Positions 40,031 to 52,600 of a DNA stretch of 64,000 nt are shown in pieces (position 1 is the stretch's first letter; the number at the start of each line of letters is the position of its first letter). This DNA comes from Tubulanus polymorphus. Taxonomy: Eukaryota > Animalia > Nemertea. The notes below the pieces were generated by a model. The model did no database searches. It had not been told where the DNA came from and was given only the letters and a program-made list of their open reading frames with translations. A program made the translations under genes and the position numbers. The stretch is from positions 5,362,600 through 5,426,599 of the forward strand of contig NC_134036.1 in NCBI RefSeq assembly GCF_964204645.1. The letters run 5' to 3'.

Positions 40031-43000
40031 ATGTTGTTCGGTATGGAGCAGCGACTGAGAGCGCTGTTTATATCGTCGCTGATCGTCTGTCGAGTTCGCA
40101 TCGCGCGCGCTCATCGCGCAGACTCTATCGAGGAATCGTCTGTGACGGTAAGTTCGTCTTGTAACAATACGTGGTACCCGCTAGATTCTACGTCCGGTTA
40201 CATCGTTTCACCGAATTACCCGTCGTTAACGCGCGGTGTTGAATGTCGTTGGTTCATCAACAGTTCCTTACCGGGAACTTTCTTCATCCAAACGAAATTC
40301 GATATTGAGCTGTCGGTATTCTGTAGTGATAACTACTTTCTCGTCTACGAGTCTGATACCAGATTCTGTGGTGATGGAAAACATGAAATTCGCCGTAACG
40401 AATCGATCTCGTTGATGTTTAAGAGTAACGTCGATGGCACGCGAGGCAGTCGGGTTTATGTCATATATCGTTATGATCGAAGTCGATTGAGAATCAGCCA
40501 CGGATGCGAGATCCGGAATTTTAAAGTGCATGAATTGAAAACATCGACCGGATACAAATTCACGATGTTCTTTCATCACCGATGTCAGCTGTTCTTCGAA
40601 TGGAACGGCATCCCGGATGGTTTTGCTATGAATTTCACATTCGTTGATCTGGACCTTAAACTATATTATTTCGATGTCGTCGATCCAGCGGTGAATTTTC
40701 GTATCTATGATGGCTGGAACATCAGCAGTGAGCCGATAGCGCTCATGGGTGCACAGAGCGGACAACAGCCGTCATCGTTTTATACCAAAACAAACAAGGC
40801 ATTGATTTATGTGTTAAATCAACGCAAAACAAGGACTGAACTTTTAGTACAAATTTATAAAATATCAGATTGGAACGTCTCTAATCCGTTGGTTCAGATC
40901 TCTAATAACGAGTCGGGAGTGCTCATTCCCGATGATAACAGTTTACACGTAGTAACTCGATCGAAACACCTACACTGCTGGTCTATCACAGTGCAGGTGT
41001 TACAGTACGTCGTCTTCAACTGGACACGTGATCTCGTCATATCCGGTGACGTCATCGGTGTATATAAGTTAGAAGCGTTGCGCGTTGTGGGAACTGATAT
41101 TTTACTCGGTTACAACTACCTGGAATCACTGAGTGTTAAATCTGACGGCTTTCTCGTCATGCTGTGTGTTTTAACGAGACCGAACATCACGGAATCGATT
41201 CTAAGGATAGACTTCAGAATGAAATCAATATCGATGTCTAAATTGCGCATCATTCTACCCAGAGTAGGTATCAGATCATTGATGCACTCATATTTACACT
41301 CCATCGACGGAGATTCGCAGCTATGATTACTAACGAAATGAATTATTCTTTTGCTCAAATATATAGATAGACAACAGATTCAAACTGTCTACGAAGTCGA
41401 TGGGATTTTTTTCGCTGCTTCCATTTCCAACAAGGAAGTTGAATTATCGCGTCAGCCTGTACAGATTCAAATGGAAAGTTGAAATCTACGACAGCGATCT
41501 ACAATTGAAAATGGTGTCTGTGAATTGTGAAAATACCGGATACTACATATACGACGGTGGTAATTTCACGGCTAGACGATACGGTCCGTATTGTCCTGGT
41601 TCATCGGGTTATCGACGAAGTGTCGTCAGTCTGATTACATCAGGCGGCTCGGTCATCGTAGTAGGCTATATTTATAACAGTCGAAGCAAGCAACGGATGG
41701 CCAGCGGATCTTTAAAGTTACGTCCGACCGACTGTGACGGTTATACTCTGCGCGAAGGAGAAAACCGGGTAACAATGCAGAAGCCACGCTGTTTCAGAAT
41801 TACACCAGAAAACCGAGCAGTTTTACTACATAAAATTCACATATTATCACAGCGCGAATATGAGATCAGCGGATGCAGGCGCGATAACATAACATCGCGC
41901 ACAACATGTAGATATGAAATGCGTCTCAGTATTCAGCGTCTCAATAACAGTCTCGTACTGCACACTGTCACATTCCGGAAGGCGAATTTTATCTGGATAG
42001 GACCGTACTTCGTCGAATTGCGGCGCATTTGCCAAACATTGAGAAAACATGACGAAAAATTTAACTGGAGGGAAGGAACTGAAGGCGATTGCGGAATCGT
42101 GCAGTCACCAAACTACCCAGGGTCATCTAACCCGTTATCCGTTACGTTGGAATACTGGATCAAATTCCAAAATGTTCTGACCCGAATTCACTTTTACCGA
42201 TTCGTCATCAAAACAATGGAAAAGACGTCTTGTATTAAAGAATCCAGATACAAACTGGAGTCCGTCGCGTTCGTCCAGGAAGTAAGTTACCAGAGCCGCA
42301 CTGCCCGACACGTAATCAAAATATGCGAAACGTTTGCTGAACCGGGAGTTACGTTTTACAGTTATATCAATATTAAGATGCGCATCGAGGTGAAAAACCG
42401 AGTACCCAAATTTCGCATACAGTACGTACTAGAGGAACAGTTACCAATAAAACAGATTGAAAATGTCTGTAAAACAGGATTTATTGATACGGGAATCACT
42501 TGCGTAAAATACATCAGCGATAAACGTCTGAATTGGGAGAATGCTGAATTGTACTGTAGACAGAAGTACGCGGGACATCTACTCAGTATCAACTCACAAC
42601 AGGAAATAATGTCTATTAAAACATTATTCTCTACAAGGCCGCTCATCTCAGATGTGTATTCGCGGAAAGCGTTCATAATGATGATTGGGTTAAAACTGCA
42701 GGTACAGTTCTGTATTCTAGGTCAAAACCTTAACTGTATATAGAACACATTCGTAAATATATCAGGGTTACATTTTCAGCTTGTAAATAGTTATTACACG
42801 TGGACTGATGGAAAACCATTGAGCTACACAGAGTGGTATGAACCTACAAATAACGACACGATACCAGAAGTTATTCGTGGATTGATATCTCCTCTCAGAA
42901 AACAACCCATAAATGACGTCAATATGCTGTGTACGGCGATGATACTGAATAATCCACGCGGATCAGCGAACTGGGTTCGATTCCCCTGCGGAATCGAAGA

Positions 43001-46000
43001 GGTTCACACGAGTTTCATTTGCGAATCGGACAGAATAAGTGTCAAAAATTTAGCTGAGAGAGAAAGCAACTCAACCAATAAGGCGTCATCAGAAACTAAT
43101 AAACAACACATTTTTAATTATGATACAGTAAATGCAACTTGTACAATGGGTTGGTTAGGTATAGATGGGCAATGTTACCAAATACTGACAGATTGGAACA
43201 AAAACCGAAGTTTAGATATAGGGAAATCAAGAAAACTGTGTCATGGAATCCGCGGTGAAGTCGGTTTGATACAGGATCTGATGCACCTTCAAATATTGAT
43301 TGGTCGATTTAATTATCGGCACCACTATGGCGCTATTCTAACTAAGGGTTTTTGGAATCAGTGGTTGAAAATAAAACCATTTGTTACCAGGGATGAAATT
43401 ACTTATAATCATTCGATTAATTGGGCATTGATACCGTGGCATAATCAATCAGATACAGCGCATTCCGTTCTGTGTTCATACAATGTAACTGACGAAGAGT
43501 TAACTTCTATAAGCGGTTGTAAATCGTGGCAGTTTGAATGTAACGATCAAAGATGTATCAGTGACCATCGCGTATGTGACACCAGACACGACTGTCGACA
43601 CGGTGAAGATGAAATTAATTGTACGGATATAAATTTACACAGTCAGTTTCAATGTAATGATGGACAGATTATATCAGTAAGTGGTTTCTGTGATTTCATA
43701 CAGGATTGTGTGGATGGTTCTGATGAAAACGCATGTTTTCATCCTCCGTGTTTGTCCGAACAATTTCGCTGCCAAAGTGGTAAATGTATCAGTATTTCTA
43801 ACAGATGCGATGGATTCACTAATTGTAAAGACGGCTCCGATGAAATTGGATGCACTTCTCAAATGTGTCAAGGATTCCTGTGTAACAGTGGAGACTGTAT
43901 CAATTCTCAATTGTATCAGGATGGTGTCGTAGATTGCAGTGGAAGCCTCGAAGAAGATGAATTAGTAACAGCTACTAATGTTACAGTGAATCCTACTGTT
44001 TATTGCAACAATGAGAACCACTGTACCACTAACTTCACTAATTTCTGCATTGAATCTGACGAACAAAGATGTTCTTTCAATTCTCCTCATTGTTATTCAA
44101 GACGTCACAGATGTATTCTAGAAAGAATGACAAATGGTTACCCAGTTTGTAGAAATCTTGAGCACGTATTGAGATGTGAAGAATTTGAATGTCCAGCTGG
44201 TACTGTAAAATGCCCAGCATCGTATTGTATACCGATCAGACAGCTGTGCGATGGTCAGTCAGATTGTCCTAACTCAGAAGATGAACAAAACTGCGAGACG
44301 TTTTCATGTCCGGGAATGTTTAAATGCGGCCACGAAAATCGATGTATCCCACAATTTGAAGTTTGCGATGGTGTCATAAGTTGTAAACATAAAACTGATG
44401 ACGAGGCTTTCTGTAACGTAACCTGCCGTGAAGGTTGTATGTGTCAAGGTTATTTGTTCGATTGCCGAAATGCTGGTTTAACAAATATTACCGATCTTTT
44501 TTCGGCATCAACTCGTGTCTTAATTTTGTCGAATAACGAAATTACATTAGACATGTCGACATTCCTTTCATATATCTATTTGCGCATGCTCAACATCTCT
44601 TCCAATGAATTGTCTAATATTTTACCTAAATCGTTCTCAAACCTGCATAATCTACATACATTAGATCTTACACACAACAACATAACATCATTATCTGCAA
44701 AAACATTCATCGGTTTGTATAGTTTGAAAGAGTTATTGATTACTGAAAATCCAATACGTCATTTACAGGACGATACCTTCCAAGATTTGAAGTCACTTAA
44801 AGTTCTCGACCTTCACGAACTTTCGTTGTTGGTGCTTGGTAGAAACGTATTTCGAGGTTTATCTACATTACAGTCGTTGAATATCAGCAATAACAGAATC
44901 CATCATATTTCGCTTTACGCATTTTCTGGATTAACTTCACTTGAAATTCTTGATATAACCAACAACCACAAAGTTATTTCTGTCGACAGAAATGTTTTCA
45001 ACAATCTGACATCATTAGTCTCCCTTATGTCTGACCATTACAAATTTTGCTGCATGGCTCCGAATAATGACCAGTGCCTTCCCAAAGCTGATGAATTTTC
45101 CTCCTGTTCTGATCTGATGGGTAACACAGTCCTCAGAGCTATCATTTGGGTCATCGCGTCATTCAGTCTTATCGCGAACAGTATTGTCATTTCTCTGCGC
45201 GTTCGTGCGATTCGATCATCCCCTTCAAATCCATCTTCCGATATCATCATCATTAATGTCGCTGTGTGTGATTTTATGATGTCTATATATTTGTTTCTGA
45301 TCGCTGGAGCCGATTATCTTTATAAAGATAATTACTTTCTCTATTCCGAATCGTGGACGGACAGTTTGTTTTGTCGTCTTGCTGGGATCACGGTGTCTGT
45401 TTCTTGTGAAGGTTCATTGATATTTTTGCTTATCATGACACGTTATAGGTTCACAAATATCTTAAATCCATTTTCAGGAAGTGCAATTACATCTCCCAAA
45501 TATGTGTGCATTATTTGTTGCACATGTTGGATTGTCTTGTGTGTCATTGTATTAGTACCTCTTACACCTTTCCCTTACTTTGGAGACAATTTCTACGGCA
45601 GTACAGGAGTTTGTTTACCGATGAATTTGATTTCAATCGATGTGAATGCCTGGCAATATTCATTCGCTATTTTTGCTGTGTTTAACTCTGGCATACTTGC
45701 AACGATAATGGCGACTTATGCGCAAATGTTCAGACTCGTATCAGGAAGCAGGTCTGGTTCTGGTAGAGCTGATCCTACCGAATTGGTTTTGGCACGCAGG
45801 AGTTTGGTGATAAATCTTAGTAATCTATTTTGCTGGCTGCCGTTAATAACCGTTCAGATTTGCGCGGTATTACGGGTAGAAATACCGAATCAGGTGGCGG
45901 CTTGGCTGGCGGTTCTTTTCTTACCGATCAACTCGTCCCTCAATCCCCTTCTTTACACAATACTGACTATCGATATGAAATCCATACGAGCAAAAACTAA

Positions 46001-46025
46001 ACGCAGGCTTCATCGAAAAGATTGA
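40031..46025 (+). CDS. GRL101-like: Copy 5: CUB/CTLD-extended GRL101-like GPCR, 3 exons, ~1937 aa
   Basis: Exons 40031-41263, 41367-42701, 42780-46025. Intron 1 is 41264-41366 (aga|GTAGGT...atatAG, 103 bp; a donor/acceptor pair both shifted +4 would also keep frame). Intron 2 is 42702-42779 (78 bp). Ends RLHRKD. Confidence 0.86.
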
Positions 46026-47919
46026 CAAGATAGTTTTAGACTCACCCAAAACAGCTTCCTAGTAGTACAATTCAGTCAGTACGATTTTTCGATTTCGTTG
46101 CCTGGTCGGGATATATCGTTTTAGAACATCATCCTTAACGTAAGACAACAATCTGAAAAATATATAGATAATCTTTCACAGTTTTATTTTTCACGTGTAA
46201 TTTTTCTAATTTTCTGAATTTACTCGATCACTTTATATCGACAACTTCTCGATATTTACAATGGATGTATGGACGATAAGACCCAGGTTTTAACCCTTTC
46301 GTTGGGGCATATTTATATTGCTTACGATTTCTATGTGGGAATGAATCCTCTTTTTTTGTTTTGACTTAAGCGTTTTGTATTGACTTAATGAAAAAAGACC
46401 CCGAAATGATATATCCATTCTGAAGCTAAGTTAGTAGAAACAACCGGAAATCTGGGTAAGCAGTGACCTAGATCTTGAGGTCAAATTTAGGTCACGCCTT
46501 TGTTTACATGAATTAGTTTGCTAATAGAAAACATTGCTAGCTCGCCGATGAGGTTTGAGCAGCCGGTTGGACTAGTTTAATATCTAGTGGAAATTAGGTT
46601 AGTAGGCCAAGTGTCGACTGTCAGGTGACTACGTCAAACATATCACATCTTTACGCTTTATGTGACGAAGATATAAAGCTTTCGGGTCGGGTGGTGGTAA
46701 GTGTAGAATCGCAAAAATTCGAAGTATATCAAAGTGTCCCATAAACTCCTTTAACTCACTTCTTGTGACAGTGGCAATAATGCACTTTCCGAAAAATGTG
46801 CTTACTTTTTGCTTTTTGAAAGTGAGTTTTTAGAGCGTCTGTATCTCGATACTGCGCTACAAGAACAATGACCAACGGGTAGACACCCAAGGAGCAACTA
46901 TTGCTCGTATGGACTCGACACACGATAGAGTCACTGTGTCAGGAACCCTTATCGCTCCCGTGCGGAGAGTGGGGATGCCCGACACGGTAACAAGTATCTC
47001 ACTAAATTGATTGTACCTACGGCGCAGTAACGAAACACGGGCAAACTCTCTTTCACAAAGTGTGAAAAGCATCTTTAGAAAGTGTATTATTCATCGTCAT
47101 TACCGCTGGACGTATCGGCCCCACTCCGCGCGGTTGCGCCACCGCGCGGGATTTACGCGAAGCAGCAGAACACAAACATGGCCACTCTCTCAATTTTCAA
47201 TGATAGAAATCGTGTGTGCATTTCAATTATTTCGGCTGTTTGGGTTTTAAGGCACAATATAAGTTGATGATGCGATATGGCTATGTTAATTAATGATAAT
47301 TCCGCAGTGAAGCTAGTCACGAACGGTGCCGATTGAGTGTACAGCTGCCAAAAACACTGAAATGTGCATAGTTGCGTAACTATTTGCAGTGAATTGCAGA
47401 CGAAACATGAAGCCTTAACGGACGTTTAAAAAAAAATTATACCAATCGCAATTGTAAAATAAAAATGACATAGAACCTAAGTTAAAATTCTGGCCATTTC
47501 TAAAATATTATTACTAATTTTTAGTCAGGGCCGAACGTTTAGTTTTCCTACAATAATGAGGCGTGGTAGGTAGTCATGCAATTCAAGTCATCATTTATTA
47601 CACGTTACTTCCGTGTTGTTGAAAATCTCGCGAGTCCTGGACCAAACCCCAATAAACAATGTGATCTGTGTGCTGGCCACAAATGCACACAGATCACACT
47701 ACACTACCCATTAAACACTCCAGTACCCACAGCTTTCATATATCCATCCAAATATTTAGAGTGGATGATAGATAACAAGTGCACACGAATTGATTGTATG
47801 ACATATCACATGATATCGTCACGCTTTATGCGACAAAGACGTAAAGCTTTCGGCCGGGTGGTAGTAACGGCTAGTTTAGTTTGAGCTCTTTTTTGAAGAA
47901 TCTAATCTATAAAAGATCG

Positions 47920-48051
47920 GGACCAGTTGCTCAGAAGTTGGATAAAGATAAAGTGTATTATTCATGAATAGCATAGTTAAAATGAACTTTTAATTTTCAC
48001 CATGTCAAGTGTCCACTGGTTAACTCTAACCAAATTCTGAGCGACTGGTCC
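47920..48051. mobile_element. MITE C (~132 bp), spacer 5
   Basis: ~24 bp TIR: GGACCAGTTGCTCAGAAGTTGG versus the reverse complement of CCAAATTCTGAGCGACTGGTCC. Not seen in the paralogous spacer 3. Confidence 0.7.
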
Positions 48052-49528
48052 TTGAATGGTGACAAAGAGGACCGAGGAACAGGGGTTCCCTTGCTGGAAA
48101 CGAAACTATGTCTTTCGAAACAACATCATCGAATCGAATCGAAAACTTCAAATTCTCATTCCAAGCAGACAATCGTTGCTGACTATAGCCATATAAGATT
48201 TCCACGCTATGAATAAAGCGTTACAGTCTTCAAAAACATTTTTTAATCTACTAATCAAGGTTTTCTTAGATGAAAAGATATCAATATTAGGTTTATAATG
48301 ATATCATGGTGTATATACATTGACTATTCTCGGGTTTTCAAAAGACCGTGGCGCACGAAACCATCGTGAGTATATTTGATATAGAGGAATGCATGATACA
48401 TTGTACTGAAATCCGCTGTCATGTACAGAAATGTTGAGACCGTTTTTACAGTAACTGCCTCCAGGCATTTCACAATATACAAGCATTGCCGCAATATCTG
48501 TTCAGTGTCTCACTCAGTTGGATTCTAGAAAACGTTGGGATATGCAACAAATTTCAAATACGAATGGATTTAAACTATCCTTATCACCGATGTAGCTTTA
48601 AATTCAGCGCAATACTCAAATTTTGATGGGAAAGCTTTTATTATTAAACAAAATTGTTCAATTTGTTTTAATCCATTATAATTAGGCGTGAGATTCTCTA
48701 GAGAAAATACAGGTTATACAGATATTCCTATTCGATCGGACGTATTTATCAAAACGAAAAATCTACTTATCGCGAATATCCCAATTCGGGATCTATAATC
48801 ATATACTGTTCAGACAATGTGACTCGAACTATTGTTTTTAGAGAATTCCTATTCGGTCGAGGCACACGACAGAAGATGCCAAAATAAACGTTGAGCTAAA
48901 TCGCTGCATGCATATACCTTGGAGTAACCATTTTCAAATGATTACTCCAAGCATATACAATGTCTATTTCGTTTGAATATGACGCGCTGGAATTCCTGTG
49001 GCCTCTTCGAGACTCGATCGGACTTATATCCCAGATTTGTGTCAAAAGATCAGATTGAGTTTGATTTACGTTAATTATTCTAAATATTAATAAAATCAAC
49101 AGCGATTTCGATGATAATGAGTTTTTATACAACGTCCTGCTATACGTGGTAATAGATACGAAGTCGATTTGAATTTTACGTTTCTAAAGCAAAATTAAAT
49201 CTCATTTCTAATAATCTCGTAACGGTAACTTTTGATGACATGCATAACTTACGCGTTTCATATGAAGGAAAAAAATCGATACCTTATTTATATATTTGTT
49301 ATTAAATGTATAATGAATCGGAAATTCGGATCGACGGATGTTTTGAGTATATATATGTAGTAATTATATGAACATTAACATATAGCGATGAATGAACGAA
49401 GTAAAACTAGAATAAGTGAGAAAATCAAGGATCTCCTTATTCTGTTGCGTCATTATTTTTTCTTCGGTTGAATTTACGAAATACGTATTTTTTACTGAAC
49501 ACATACTATGATTTTCGACTCGCCGGAT

Positions 49529-49618
49529 CGAATTTTCTGATTGGATGAAATCGGATCGTGATCCGACCAATGACAGATTCTGTGAAACTTGATGAATTTC
49601 GTTCATTCTGTCGCAGTG
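49529..49618 (+). promoter_or_regulatory. Putative core promoter of copy 6
   Basis: ATTGG at 49540, CCAAT at 49567, TCATTC downstream. Confidence 0.5.
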
Positions 49619-52600
49619 ATGTTGTTCGGTGTGGAGCAGCGACTGAGAGCGCTGTTTATTTCGTCGCTGATCGTCTGTCAAATTCGCATCGCGCGCGCTG
49701 ATCGCGCAGATTCTATCGAAGAATCGTCTGTGACGGTAAGTTCGTCTTGTAACAATACGTGGTACCCGCTAGATGTTACGTCCGGTTACATCGTTTCACC
49801 GAATTACCCGTCGTTCACGCGCGGTGTTGAATGTCGTTGGTTCATCAACAGTTCTTTACCAGGAACTTTCTTCATCCAAACGAAATTCGATATCGAGCCG
49901 TCAATATTCTGTAGTGATAATTACTTCCTCGTCTACGAGTCTGATAACAGATTCTGTGGTGATGGAAAACATGAAATTCGCCGTAACGATTCGATCTCGT
50001 TGATGTTTAAGAGTAACGTCGATGGCGCACGAGGTAGTCGGGTTTATGTCATATATCGTTATGATCGAAGTCGATTGAGAATCAGCCACGGATGCGGGAT
50101 CTGGAATTTTAAAGAGCACGAATTGGAAACATCGACCGGATACAAATTCACGATGTTCTTTCATCACGGATGTCAGCTGTTCGTCGAATGGAACGGCATC
50201 CCGGATGGTTTTGCTATGAATTTAACATTCGTTGATCTGGACCTTAAACTATATTATTTCGGTGGCGTCGATCCAGCGGTGAATTTTCGTATCTATGAAG
50301 GCTGGAACATCAGCAGTGAGCCGATAGCGCTTATAGGTGCACAGAGCGGACAACAGCCGTCATCGTTTTATACCAAAACAAACAAGGCATTGATTTATGT
50401 GTCAAATCAACGCAAAACAACGACTAAACTTTTAGTACAGATTTATAAAATATCAGATTGGAACGTATCTAATCCGTTGATTCAGATCTCTAATAACGAG
50501 TCGGGAGTGCTCATTCCCGATGACAACAGTTTACACGTAATAACTCGATCAAAACACTTACACTGCTGGTCTATCACAGTGCAGGTGTTACAGTACGTCG
50601 TCTTCAACTGGACACGTGATCTCGTCATATCCGGTGACGTCATCGGTGTATATAAGTTAGAAGCGTTGCGCGTTGTAGGAACTGATATTTTACTCGGTTA
50701 CAACTACCTGGAATCACTGAGTGTCAAATCTGACGGCTTTCTCGTCATGCTGTGTGTTTTAACGAGACCGAACACCACGGAATCGATTCTAAGGATAGAC
50801 TTCAGAATGAAATCAATATCGATGTCTAAATTGCGCATCATTCTACCCAGAGTAGGTATCAGATCATTGGTGCACTCATATTTACACTCCATCGACGGAG
50901 ATTCGCAGCTATGATTACTAACGAAATGAATTATTCTTTTGCTCAAATATATAGATAGACAACAGATTCAAACTGTTTACAAAGTCGATGGAATCTTCTT
51001 CGCTGCTTCCATTTCCGACAAGGAAGTTGAATTATCGCGTCAACCTGTACAGATTCAAATGGAAAGTTGAATTCTACGAACGAGATCTACAATTGAAAAT
51101 GGTGTCTGTGAATTGTGAAAATACCGGATACTACGTATACGACGGTGGTAATTTCACGGCTAGACGATACGGTCCGTATTGTCCTCGTTCATCGGGTTAT
51201 CGACGAAGTGTCGTCAGTCTGATTACATCAGGCGGTCCGGTCATCGTAGTAGGCTATATTTATAACAGTCGAAGCAAGCAACGGAGGGCCAGCGGATCTT
51301 TAAAGTTAGGTCCGACCGACTGTGACGGTTATACTCTGCGTGAAGGAGAAAACCGGGTAAGTATGCAGACGCCACGCTGTTTCAGGATTACACCAGAAAA
51401 CCGAGCAGTTTTACTATATAAAATTCACATATTATCACATCACGAATATGAGATCAGCGGATGCATGCGCGATCACACAACATCGCGCACAGCATGTAGA
51501 TATCAAATGCGTCTCAGTATTCAGCGTCTCAATAACAGTCTCGTACTGCACACTGTCGCATTTCGGAGGGCGGATTTTTTCTGGATAAGACCGTACTTCG
51601 TCGAATTGCGGCGAATTTGCCAAACATTGAGAAAACATGAAGCAATAGCTGACCGGTGGGAGCGAACTGAAGGCGATTGCGGAATTGTGCAGTCACCAAA
51701 CTACCCAGGGTCATCTAGAACTCTATCCGTCACGTTGGAATACTGGATCAATTTCAAAAATGTTAAGACCCGAATTCACTTTTACCGATTCGTCATCAAA
51801 ACAATGGAAAAGACGTCGTGTATTAAGGAATCCAGATACAAGCTGGAGTCCGTCGCGTTCGTCCAGGAAGTCAGTTACCAGAGCCGCACTGCCCGACACG
51901 TTATCAAACTATGCGAAACGTTTGCCGAACCGGGAGTTACGTTTTACAGTTATATTTTTATTAAGATGCGCTTCGAGGTGAAAAACCGAGTACCCAAATT
52001 TCGCATACAGTACGTACTAGAGGAACAGTTACCAATAAAACAGATTGAAAATGTCTGTAAAACAGGATTTATTGATACGGGAATCACTTGCGTAAAATAC
52101 ATCAGAGATAGACGTCTGAATTGGGAGAATGCTGAATTGTACTGTAGACAGAAATACGCGGGACGTCTACTCAGTATCAACTCACAACAGGAAATAATGT
52201 CTATTAAAACATTATTCTCTACAAGGCCGCTCATCTCAGATGTGTATTCCCAGAAAGCGTTCATAATGATGATTGGGTTAAAACTGCAGGTACAGTACTG
52301 TATTCTAGCCCATAACCTTAACTGTACATAGAACACATTCGTAAATGTCCGAGGGTTACATTTTCAGCTTGTAAGTGGTTATTACACGTGGACTGATGGA
52401 AAACCATTGAGCTACACAGAGTGGTATCAACCTACAAATAACGACACGATACCAGAAGTAATTCAAGGATTGATATCTCCTCTCAGAAAACAACCGATAA
52501 ATGACGTCAATATGCCGTGTACGGCGATGATATTGAATAATCCACGAGGATCAGCGAACTGGGTTCGATTCCCCTGCGGAATCGAAGAGGTTCACACGAG

